Shown: positions 28,616-37,303 of the stretch, piece after piece | Numbering within the stretch: position 1 is the stretch's first letter | Layout: the number at the start of each line of letters is the position of its first letter | Notes under the pieces: model-generated | The model's input: the letters and a program-made list of their open reading frames with translations, nothing else | Database searches by the model: none | What the model was told of the DNA's origin: nothing | Made by a program: the position numbers and the translations under genes | DNA from: a bacterium | Lineage (GTDB): Bacteria; UBA10199; 2-02-FULL-50-16; JAJFLM01 | Direction: 5' to 3' | DNA: 64,000 nt | Assembly (NCBI GenBank): GCA_965216315.1 | Contig: CBDCFN010000016.1 | Coordinates: forward strand, 2,112,001 to 2,176,000

Positions 28616-30550
28616 TTACCAGCCACCCCCTCCTCCGCCACCACCGCCGCCGCCGGAAGACCCTCCACCGGAGAAACCACCACTGCTCCCCGAACGTGAA
28701 CCGGGTGCAACGGACGCCGACGCAATCGCGCTCGTAAACGTACTCGCCATCGACGACGCGAGGGCGCCGTAATTACCGGAGGTAAAACGGCCGTGATACC
28801 AGTGCGGCGCATAGGCCTGCCCGCCCTCCCCGGCCTGCGCGAGCACGTCGGAAAACTGTTCGGCCCACAGTTGTTCGACGTCGAGTGCCAAGGCGTAGGG
28901 CAGATATTTTTCAAACAACTCCGGCGTTTTCTCCGGCGGATGCAAGAGATTCAAGCGTTCCCGTTCCGTCACGCTCAAGAACATCCGAAAGCCCTCGATC
29001 TCATCGAGGAGTTTACGGCCGGCGTGCGTCGGGGCCTTCATCCACCGGTAAAAGAGATAATTCATCAGCGCGAATAAAACGAGGAGCGCCACCATGCCGG
29101 GTGACGTCACCGTCCCGAGCATCACGATACCCGCGATCTCCCCGGCGAGGAATGGGAGAAAAATCACTGTCATGAAAATCGCACTGATCACGCTGACGAG
29201 ACTTTCGGTGCCGCTCAACAACGCTTTCCAATTACGCCAGGCCCCCAGCCCGATGGCAAAGACACCGACGGACCACAGTGACAACCACACGATACCGAAA
29301 AACATCAGGGCCGTCTTTTCGATCGACTCACTAACCGCCATCACGATAATCGCGACGCCGGAAGCGATGACACCGAAGATCATGTACTTCGTATTCTTAA
29401 TGAAATGGATCTTTTCACTCTGCACCGCGAGGGTATTTTTCAACGCCTTCTTCGCCGCGCTGATCTTGCTGTGGTTTTTGTTTTTCAGTTCGAGCGTCTT
29501 CGGTAATTTGTCGTAAATCTTTCTTTCCTCTTTAAACAACAACTGATCCCGCTGCTCTTGTTTATGGAGGACAAACTTGCGCTTCTTTTTTTTGATCTCG
29601 AGCAACCCTTTGACTGCCATGTTGATGATCGCAACGGCATAGGCTTTATTATCAAAGCCCATGCGGCGAATGAAACGCACGGCTGCCGGTGATAATCCCT
29701 GCGGCGGTTCGTAGCGCGGTACAATCGTACCCGCCTCCGGGTCCTTCCCAACAGCCAACCAGACCAGAAAATAATAGAGAAAAACAAGTCCGAGCCCGCC
29801 AACGCCGACGATCAGGCCCCGGTTATCACGAAACAGATAACCGACTTTTTGTTGCGTCGTGGGTTCCGCGACAAAACCCTTGGGCCACCCGACTACAATC
29901 GTCAGTCCCTCCCGCGGCAATAAGGCCCTCATCGTTTCGAATTGTACCGCCGTCCCGTCGTCCCAAGTCCGGTACGCACGCCCCTGGGCCCCTTGATACC
30001 CGGTATAGGCCTCCGCTTTGATTGCGGAACGCGGAATACCGGCAGGCAATACAATGCGTGCCGTCGCCTGTTCGATAGAAAACTCCCAGCCGTTGCCGGT
30101 CACGTTCCAATACAGCTCGTCATGCTCCTCAAAAAAGCCAAGCTGGCGATTGGTCCGGTACTTTAAGGTGTATTTATAAATCCCCGGACTCAGCAAAACA
30201 TCACTCGAACCGATATAAACACGCTCCCCGTTGGATTGCCCTTTGAGATGGAAGGGCTCCGGCTTACCGTTCTTAAGAACTTCTTTGACCTCAAAATCGA
30301 CAACGTAATTATTGCCGAGTCTGTCTTTATAGCGCGTCGGAAAATCCCGGTAGATGCCGCGTTTGATTTGTCGGCGTTCGGCGCGCACTGTAATCGTTTC
30401 GGTGACGTCCATGGCCCCGTCAGGAAAAACCTGCACCTGACTTTCAAAGCTGAGAATTTTTTCTTCCGCCTGCACCGGTTGGACGGTGGCAAAAAGAAAC
30501 AGCGTTGCATGCAACAGAACGATTCCAAAGTGAGCTTGAAATTTCCTCAA
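28616..30550 (-). CDS. DUF2207 membrane protein
   Basis: GIYRDFP, ELYWNVTG, LPYALAL, C-terminal GGGGGGGW. Confidence 0.95.
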   Translation of the reverse strand: MRKFQAHFGIVLLHATLFLFATVQPVQAEEKILSFESQVQVFPDGAMDVTETITVRAERRQIKRGIYRDFPTRYKDRLGNNYVVDFEVKEVLKNGKPEPFHLKGQSNGERVYIGSSDVLLSPGIYKYTLKYRTNRQLGFFEEHDELYWNVTGNGWEFSIEQATARIVLPAGIPRSAIKAEAYTGYQGAQGRAYRTWDDGTAVQFETMRALLPREGLTIVVGWPKGFVAEPTTQQKVGYLFRDNRGLIVGVGGLGLVFLYYFLVWLAVGKDPEAGTIVPRYEPPQGLSPAAVRFIRRMGFDNKAYAVAIINMAVKGLLEIKKKKRKFVLHKQEQRDQLLFKEERKIYDKLPKTLELKNKNHSKISAAKKALKNTLAVQSEKIHFIKNTKYMIFGVIASGVAIIVMAVSESIEKTALMFFGIVWLSLWSVGVFAIGLGAWRNWKALLSGTESLVSVISAIFMTVIFLPFLAGEIAGIVMLGTVTSPGMVALLVLFALMNYLFYRWMKAPTHAGRKLLDEIEGFRMFLSVTERERLNLLHPPEKTPELFEKYLPYALALDVEQLWAEQFSDVLAQAGEGGQAYAPHWYHGRFTSGNYGALASSMASTFTSAIASASVAPGSRSGSSGGFSGGGSSGGGGGGGGGGGW

Positions 30551-31107
30551 GACAACGCCACCTCCGGCACTTTTCTTTCCGTCGCAAACTCAATCTCAAA
30601 ATAGTCAGCAGGTTTAAATTTAAAGAGCCGGGCGATGATCAGACTGGGAAACGAATCGACCCGGATATTATAATTGCGCACGGTTCCATTGTAGTAACGC
30701 CGTGCCAGTTGAATTTGGTCTTCGATTTCGGTGAGACTCGTTTGCAGTTCCAAGAAATTCTGATTGGCCTTGAGGTCCGGATAGGCCTCCGCCAGGGCAA
30801 AAACTCCGCGAAGCGCCTGAGTAAATAGGTTTTCGGCGCTCTCTTGGGCTCGGACCTTCTGGGCATCAATGCACTGATTGCGATACTTGACGACGTCTTC
30901 AAGCAAGTTCTTTTCGTGTCCTGCATAGCCTTTAACTGTCTCAACGAGATTGGGAATCAGGTTGTAACGGCGTCGCAACTGGACATCAATACCGCTCCAC
31001 GCCTCTCTTTTGAGATTACTCAACCTGACAAAGCCGTTATAGAACAGTATAACGACGGTCAGCAGCAACAGCACCGGAATGACGAGGTAGATCCACTCCA
31101 TCCACAA
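30547..31107 (-). CDS. lemA: LemA family protein
   Basis: WSGIDVQLRRRYNLIPNLVETVKGY and EAYPDLKAN. Start is 31107 or 31101. Confidence 0.95.
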   Translation of the reverse strand: MWMEWIYLVIPVLLLLTVVILFYNGFVRLSNLKREAWSGIDVQLRRRYNLIPNLVETVKGYAGHEKNLLEDVVKYRNQCIDAQKVRAQESAENLFTQALRGVFALAEAYPDLKANQNFLELQTSLTEIEDQIQLARRYYNGTVRNYNIRVDSFPSLIIARLFKFKPADYFEIEFATERKVPEVALS

Positions 31108-31151
31108 AAGAAATCGTCAAAACCGCGTCTTTTGTCAAACTTCTACTTCTT

Positions 31152-31613
31152 TTAGCCCAAGTCGAGTTGATCCGGATCGATCATCCCGTCATCAACGAGT
31201 TCTTCGATGTGCGTGTTAAGCAAAGAGAGCAGCTTTTCATCGTGCCGGTATTGGGCCTCTTGCATGTCGGCTTCTTGCTTCATCCCGGCAATTTCCAATT
31301 TGGTATCGAGCTTGCCCTGCTCCATCATCTGCATCCGCTGACCCATCAGGTTCATCATGTTGGTCTGCATCTGCGTCTGCTGGACCTGGCCGCCGACAAA
31401 CATCGCCATGTTCGCCTTGCTGGCCTCGGCCATCGCGATCATCCCGGGATTGTAATCGACGGGCGCCGGGGCGCCGGGAACGGATTGATTGCTACCGCCA
31501 CCTCCGAAGAGCATATTGCCCGCGCCGCCGATTAAATTACCCGCGCCACCGACCAAGCTACCGACTCCGCTCACCAATCCCCCAACAAGACCACCACCTC
31601 CAAATAAGCCCAT
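31152..31613 (-). CDS. Gly-rich / Met-Gln coiled-coil protein, paralog 1
   Basis: SD AGGAGG, MGLFGGGG N-terminus, conserved C-domain shared with the next two genes. Confidence 0.85.
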   Translation of the reverse strand: MGLFGGGGLVGGLVSGVGSLVGGAGNLIGGAGNMLFGGGGSNQSVPGAPAPVDYNPGMIAMAEASKANMAMFVGGQVQQTQMQTNMMNLMGQRMQMMEQGKLDTKLEIAGMKQEADMQEAQYRHDEKLLSLLNTHIEELVDDGMIDPDQLDLG

Positions 31614-31660
31614 AACACGTCCTCCTTTCAATCGTTGCAAATCTTACGATTCACAATAAT

Positions 31661-31676
31661 TGCAAGGGCTGTGCCA
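31661..31676 (-). promoter_or_regulatory. sigma54 promoter
   Basis: TGGCAC-AGCCC-TTGCA. Confidence 0.85.
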
Positions 31677-31780
31677 AAGAATATCTTATTGTTATCATTG
31701 AATTTTTATGAATTAACGGAGGTTAAATAGCACACATTGCGCCGTCCAGCTTGTGCTAGCAGCGCACAAAGTGTGCGTCA

Positions 31781-32203
31781 TTAGGCCAATTGATCGGGGT
31801 CAATCATCCCATCGTCGACGAGCTCTTCGATATGGTTATTGAGCAGCTCCAGGAGCTTCTCGTCATGCCGATACTGGGCCTCTTGCATCTTGACGTTGGT
31901 ATTCATCGAAGCAATCTCAAGCTTGGTGTCCAGCTTGCCCTGCTCCATCTGCTGCATCCGCATCCCCATCAGGTTCATCATGTTGGTCTGCATCTGGGTC
32001 TGTTGGACCTGGCCGCCGACAAACATCGCCATATTCGCCATACTGGCCTCGGCCATCGGGCCCATGTCCATACCGGGATTCGTCGGGGCCCCACCCCCCG
32101 TAATCGTCCCGGTGCCGCCACCGAACAGGATGTCTCCCGCGCCGCCGAGTATGCCACCCGCTACGCCATCAATAAAACCGCCAATACCACCAAAAAGTCC
32201 CAT
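31781..32203 (-). CDS. Gly-rich / Met-Gln coiled-coil protein, paralog 2
   Basis: SD AAGGAG, MGLFGGIGG N-terminus. Confidence 0.85.
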   Translation of the reverse strand: MGLFGGIGGFIDGVAGGILGGAGDILFGGGTGTITGGGAPTNPGMDMGPMAEASMANMAMFVGGQVQQTQMQTNMMNLMGMRMQQMEQGKLDTKLEIASMNTNVKMQEAQYRHDEKLLELLNNHIEELVDDGMIDPDQLA

Positions 32204-32248
32204 GCTGATCACTCCTTCTGTTTTGTTCAAGACTATGGCTTAGATAGG

Positions 32249-32282
32249 AGCAAAGAGTGTGCCACATAGCAACTTATTGATT
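32249..32282 (-). promoter_or_regulatory. sigma54 promoter plus IHF site
   Basis: TGGCAC-ACTCT-TTGCT and AATCAATAAGTTG (WATCAANNNNTTR). Confidence 0.85.
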
Positions 32283-32365
32283 TTTAAAGATAAATTTTGA
32301 ATGAGCTCCCTCGAAAAGGGGCTCAATGAGCACCACTTTGTGCAAGATCGATACAAAACGGCCGC

Positions 32366-32902
32366 TTAAGCCAAGGAATCCGGATCGATCATCCCATCGT
32401 CGACTAGTTCTTCGATGTGATGATTGAGCTGTTCCAGCAATTTCTCGTCGTGGCGGTATTGTTCTTCCTGCATCCGCGCCGTGACGTTCATTTTGGCGAT
32501 CTCCAATTTAGTGTCGAGCTTGCCCTGCTCCATCTGCTGCATGCGCTGGCCCATCAGGTTCATCATATTCGCCTGCATCCGGGTCTGTTGGAGTTGACCC
32601 GCCGTAAAGAGCGCCATATTCGCCATACTGGCCTCCGCCATGTCACTGTAAATGGATTCCTTGGGATCACCAACGGAGGCGTTGCCACCGCTGATGACAC
32701 CGGTTGCACTCCCGATCACGCCGCTGACACCATCGTAGACTCCCCCGGCCACCCCACCGACGACACCCCCGACCACATCGCCGACAAAGCCGCCGACACC
32801 ACCGGCCACATCACTAACCACTCCCGCCGCACCGCCGAGAATATCGCCACCCGCATCGACTACACTCGAAGCCCCCCGTTTTAGTGAAGTCCACCATCCC
32901 AT
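32366..32902 (-). CDS. Gly-rich / Met-Gln coiled-coil protein, paralog 3
   Basis: SD AAGGAG, MGWWTSLKRG then GGVVGGVAGG repeats, same C-domain. Confidence 0.85.
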   Translation of the reverse strand: MGWWTSLKRGASSVVDAGGDILGGAAGVVSDVAGGVGGFVGDVVGGVVGGVAGGVYDGVSGVIGSATGVISGGNASVGDPKESIYSDMAEASMANMALFTAGQLQQTRMQANMMNLMGQRMQQMEQGKLDTKLEIAKMNVTARMQEEQYRHDEKLLEQLNHHIEELVDDGMIDPDSLA

Positions 32903-32948
32903 AACACACGCTCCTTTCCAGTAACTTGATAACTCAAGCCCTAGTAAT

Positions 32949-32964
32949 AGCAAGACACGTGCCA
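32949..32964 (-). promoter_or_regulatory. sigma54 promoter
   Basis: TGGCAC-GTGTC-TTGCT. Confidence 0.85.
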
Positions 32965-33101
32965 ACAGGTAATTGTATGAATTTATTGAATGTTTATCTT
33001 TTCGTGTATAAAAAAATGCACTCGTCCCTGCCACAGAACGCATAAATTTTATACACTGTGGAGGGACAACACTACGTGAGCGCGGGGATATTCAGGATTT
33101 C

Positions 33102-33383
33102 TTAGTAACGACCGCCGCCACCACCGCCGCGGGGCTTCATGGGGCGCGCTTCGTTGACTTTGAGAGCGCGACCGTCGTGCTCCTGACCGTCAAACTTTGA
33201 GATCGCATCCGCGGCCTCATCGTCACTCGACATCTCGACAAAACCAAAACCCTTACTACGGCCGCTATCGCGGTCCATAATGACTTTGGCTGATTCAACG
33301 GTTCCACACTGGGCAAACAGACTCTCAAGACCTTGATCGTCTACCGAATAGGACAGGTTGCCAACATATAGTTTCTTGGCCAT
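33102..33383 (-). CDS. RRM RNA-binding protein
   Basis: KLYVGNL (RNP2), KGFGFVEM (RNP1), Gly-rich tail. Confidence 0.95.
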   Translation of the reverse strand: MAKKLYVGNLSYSVDDQGLESLFAQCGTVESAKVIMDRDSGRSKGFGFVEMSSDDEAADAISKFDGQEHDGRALKVNEARPMKPRGGGGGGRY

Positions 33384-33585
33384 GGGTATTTCCTCCAAAA
33401 TTAGCGTTTGATGCCATTCAAGAGGGTGGAAGCACAAGGCTTGATACTCTCTGAGGCAGCGAAAAACAGCCTTTCGCATAGCCTTGGTTAATAGTCAATG
33501 CTCAAATGTGAGGGCGAGACCTTCCAAGAATTCTTGCGTCCAATGCCCCAAAGAGTTACTTAAACACCCTCGGGAGGAGAAAACC

Positions 33586-33876
33586 ATGAAACAAAAAAAA
33601 GTTATGTCGTATGCCGCCTTTGCAGGAGCCGTCACCCTAGGCGTCGGCCTGGCCTCGACGGCCATCGCCGCCCCTAAGTGGGCTAAAACCGGAGATACGG
33701 TTGAAAAGTGCCTCGGCGTTGCCGCCAAGGGTCAGAATGACTGTGGTTCCAAAGATGGGGCTCACGGTTGCGGCGGCAAGGCAAAGACCGATCGGGATCC
33801 AAACGAATGGGTCTACACGCCGGAAGGTCTCTGCGCGAAACTGGGCGGCACGGTCTGGAAAACCAAAAAGATTTAA
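33586..33876 (+). CDS. DUF2282 bufferin-type precursor (BufA1-like)
   Basis: Signal peptide, EKCLG..KGQNDC...HGCGG...W..PEGLCAKLGG (4 Cys). Confidence 0.85.
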   Translation: MKQKKVMSYAAFAGAVTLGVGLASTAIAAPKWAKTGDTVEKCLGVAAKGQNDCGSKDGAHGCGGKAKTDRDPNEWVYTPEGLCAKLGGTVWKTKKI

Positions 33877-34712
33877 AGATTTTTCGCGGCTCGTTAGCGG
33901 GGGCCGGCATCGGCCTCCGCTTTCCGCACTTCGATCAAATCCTCTCGGAACGACCAGCGATTCCCTGGTTTGAAATTCTCGTCGATAACATCATGGGCGA
34001 TGCGCGGGAATTTTACGCCAAACTCGATCGCCTCCGCCAGGACTACCCTTTCGTCTTTCACGGCGTCAGCATGAATCTTGGCTCCGTCGATCCCCTCAAC
34101 CAGGTTTATTTCGCAGAGCTCAGAGAGCTGATTACTCGTTATCAACCACTTCACGTCTCCGAACATCTCGCCTGGACGGGAGTCAACGCCCGCTTTCATC
34201 ACGACTTGTTACCGCTCCCGTACACGGAAGAATCGCTCGCCCACATGAAATCCCGCGTCGCCCAAGCCCAGGACTTGCTTGGCCAACGCATCGTCATCGA
34301 AAACCCCTCTTCCTATTTTGCCTTTAAAGAGAGTTCTATCGCTGAATGGGATTTTCTCAGTGAAGTCGTCACTGCCGCAGATACCGGCATCCTCCTCGAC
34401 GTCAATAATATTTACGTCAGCGCGTCCAATCACGGCTATCAACCCACACGCTATCTTGAAGCGCTGCCACTGGACCGCATCACGTACATCCATCTCGCCG
34501 GTTACCAGGATTGCAAAACCTACCTCTTTGACAGTCACGGTCAAAAGGTCTGGCCTCAAGTCTGGGAACTCTACCAACAAACGATTGAGCAAGCGGGACC
34601 GCTGCCGACCCTCATCGAATGGGACAGCGATATTCCGACGCTCGAAGAACTGATGGCGGAAGCGGCTCAGGCCCAACGCATCTTATCCGGAGAACGCTAT
34701 GAAGCTGGCTGA
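33807..34712 (+). CDS. DUF692 multinuclear iron enzyme (MNIO, BufB-like), start uncertain
   Basis: GIGLRFPH, HGVSMNLG, SEHLAW, DLLPLP, ENPS, LLDVNNIY, HLAG, IEWD. Confidence 0.92.
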   Translation: MGLHAGRSLRETGRHGLENQKDLKIFRGSLAGAGIGLRFPHFDQILSERPAIPWFEILVDNIMGDAREFYAKLDRLRQDYPFVFHGVSMNLGSVDPLNQVYFAELRELITRYQPLHVSEHLAWTGVNARFHHDLLPLPYTEESLAHMKSRVAQAQDLLGQRIVIENPSSYFAFKESSIAEWDFLSEVVTAADTGILLDVNNIYVSASNHGYQPTRYLEALPLDRITYIHLAGYQDCKTYLFDSHGQKVWPQVWELYQQTIEQAGPLPTLIEWDSDIPTLEELMAEAAQAQRILSGERYEAG

Positions 34713-35469
34713 GCTCCAGAAAAAATTGGCGGACTATATTTACAGCGCGCGCCCCAGCGATGCGGCCCGCAATGAAATGAAGCAGCTTCTTTCCACTGAA
34801 ACGGCCATTGATCCGGACACGGGTCTCGAACTTTACCGCAAGAATCTCGTCTTTGGCATCATTGATTGCCTCCAAGGCGTTTTTGCGCAAACGCGACGCG
34901 TTCTTGGGGACGATAATTTTGCCTTCTTCGTTCGCGAACTGATCTATCAGGCCCCCTCAACCCATGAAGATGTTCGTCAGTATGGAGCGCATCTCCCGGC
35001 TTTTCTCGCCGAGCGCGCGGAACTCGCCGACAGCCGTTGGATCGGTGATATGGCCGCCATCGAATGGGCCTGGCATGACTTGGCCTTCATCTCGCTGGAT
35101 ACTCCGGCCCGCGTGGAGGACATCCTCGGCCGTCCCGCTTCCGTCCACATGATTCACGCCTTGCATACACTCAAGAGTTCGTGGCCTCTCCTCAAAATTT
35201 GGAAGTCCCTACAAGACGAGTCGGAGCACCAACTCAAAGAGCTGATTGTGCTCGAACCCGAGGACAGCTATTACTGTCTCTGGCGCACAGCAGCCGGACT
35301 GAAAGCCACAGAAATCTCACCCGAGATCTGGCAACTCTTGCATGATCTCAAAGCCGGGATGAATCCCCAAGAACTCGCCCGACAAAACTATACGGACCAT
35401 TCCCTCGCAACCACCTGGGAGATGCTCGCTTACGCCGCCGAACAGGGCTGGCTGAAGAAATCTAATTAG
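34699..35469 (+). CDS. DUF2063 (BufC/HvfC-like) partner protein
   Basis: LAELQ, LELYRKN, YGAHLPAFL, DMAAIEWA. Confidence 0.85.
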   Translation: MKLAELQKKLADYIYSARPSDAARNEMKQLLSTETAIDPDTGLELYRKNLVFGIIDCLQGVFAQTRRVLGDDNFAFFVRELIYQAPSTHEDVRQYGAHLPAFLAERAELADSRWIGDMAAIEWAWHDLAFISLDTPARVEDILGRPASVHMIHALHTLKSSWPLLKIWKSLQDESEHQLKELIVLEPEDSYYCLWRTAAGLKATEISPEIWQLLHDLKAGMNPQELARQNYTDHSLATTWEMLAYAAEQGWLKKSN

Positions 35470-35587
35470 TTAGACACTTTTGTTTTACACTTCCACAACT
35501 CAAATCGATTTCCACCCCGATAACTCCCATTCAAACGTAACTGCTGAATTGTGAAGAAAATGGGTTGGATCAATTTTAGGAGTTACC

Positions 35588-37303
35588 ATGTCTGGATATC
35601 AAAAACTGAAACCATTTATTTGGCTGACGCTCATTGCACTCGGCGGTGCCGCTTGTTCACCGGCCGCTCACCACACCGGATCGCAGCACCGCGACATCGA
35701 CATCGTCGCGGCCCCTGAAGATTCCGACCTCGATCCCGATGTGAATGTTTTTATCGACCCGACCTTAGCTCCGCCGGACCGAGTCAAGATCGGCGACGAG
35801 TGGATTGACATAATGGACGCCGAAGGACGTGCCGCGGCGGAGCTGGAACAGTCACTGGACGAGAACCGTGGGATATTCGGTTCATTCGGCAATAATAACG
35901 ACGACCCTGTCTTCGATGGGGGTCTCATTGCGACAATTGCCCAGCCGACGATCATTGCAGACGTTTACTTCGAAGCAGAGGAATCAAACGTCGATGTCGA
36001 CGGCACGATGGGGGGCGAGGACTTTGTCCGCGGCGAACCGGAAGCCGAGCCCGAGATCCCCGCAGGTACGCACATCGATGCGATCAAGATTTGCTTCCGC
36101 ACCCACGGCGCCGGTCAAATGTTCAATCCCATCCAAACACCGGTCACGATGACTTTTTGCCCGAGCGCGGATGGAGCCTTTAAAACAGGGAACGAAAGAG
36201 ATCACTGTTATGACTACAGTGCGATCAATACCGACCGAATCGATGATGGCTACTTTTGTACCTGGAAGCACGTCCCGCAACGCGATCAACCCGTCGTCTA
36301 TCCGCATCACTTCAAATACTTTGCGATTGAAAATGACGTTGAGGCTCCCGCTCCCAGCTATACGAATAGCTGGCTGATCTCGGGGATTGACATCCAAGTC
36401 AGCCGCTTCGGCGAAGAAGGCTTCACCTCCATCTACACGGCACCGGCGTTCAACAAGCTATTAGATGCGAACACGCCGGTCGCCTATGGCAGCTTTCGGG
36501 ATACCGGGATCATTGCGAATGTCGGTGTCGGCTATCAACGCGGCGCCGGCACGAACGACCGCCTGGAACTCGCATGCGCCGCGGGCCCGGAGCAAGCCGG
36601 CCTGGCGCATGGATCTATCAATGCCATTCGCAACCATCAAGTCCCGCACTTGCGCCGTGAACATAACGAGATCATCATGAACCTGAACTACCTCAACGAC
36701 CGCAGCGGCCGCGAAGGACGCTTTGATGATCTTGAAAGCGGGCACCTGACGACCTACGGCGCGATGTGGTTCGACGGGGATCCCCTCCAGAATCTCGTCG
36801 TCAGTGAGCGGCGGCCCAATGACCCCTATGGCAACCCGATTGAGCTCGAGCGAGCGCGCGACGTGCAATACAAGCGCTGCCGTTTCAAGCTGAACGGCGG
36901 CAACGATACGCTCGCCTTACGAGATGCCGGCTTGATCATCTACCGGCCTTGGCGTCCCCTCGGCGAGCGCCATCGCAGCTGTTATCTTCGCAGTGACTCC
37001 CTCGAATGGCTGACTCCGGAACCGACGAGTCGTGACTGTCGCCAGCGCGGCCGCGCGGGCTGCATGAGTTACCCGCCTTACGTCCACCGGCCTCATTATT
37101 TCGACATCGTCGGCTGGAACGCCGGCCACTGCAGCGCGCTCAAGCACATCCATCCGGAACGTGCGGCCGCGCCGATCAATATGTTGAACTACTTTGAGTT
37201 TGCGGAGAATCCCACCATGTGTGTCATTCGCCATCCAAATGCACACAGCGATGGTTTTTGGGCCGGCGGAGAACCAAATCGAGATGATTGTACGCGCTTT
37301 TAA
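35588..37303 (+). CDS. Cys-rich lipoprotein with a PLAT/LH2-like region
   Basis: Lipobox GAAC, GAGTNDRL...LNYLND...FDDLESG. Confidence 0.7.
   Translation: MSGYQKLKPFIWLTLIALGGAACSPAAHHTGSQHRDIDIVAAPEDSDLDPDVNVFIDPTLAPPDRVKIGDEWIDIMDAEGRAAAELEQSLDENRGIFGSFGNNNDDPVFDGGLIATIAQPTIIADVYFEAEESNVDVDGTMGGEDFVRGEPEAEPEIPAGTHIDAIKICFRTHGAGQMFNPIQTPVTMTFCPSADGAFKTGNERDHCYDYSAINTDRIDDGYFCTWKHVPQRDQPVVYPHHFKYFAIENDVEAPAPSYTNSWLISGIDIQVSRFGEEGFTSIYTAPAFNKLLDANTPVAYGSFRDTGIIANVGVGYQRGAGTNDRLELACAAGPEQAGLAHGSINAIRNHQVPHLRREHNEIIMNLNYLNDRSGREGRFDDLESGHLTTYGAMWFDGDPLQNLVVSERRPNDPYGNPIELERARDVQYKRCRFKLNGGNDTLALRDAGLIIYRPWRPLGERHRSCYLRSDSLEWLTPEPTSRDCRQRGRAGCMSYPPYVHRPHYFDIVGWNAGHCSALKHIHPERAAAPINMLNYFEFAENPTMCVIRHPNAHSDGFWAGGEPNRDDCTRF

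Noticed and set aside
31152..32902. Microviridae prophage
   Set aside because: No capsid or replication gene nearby. Only an architectural resemblance to the pilot protein.
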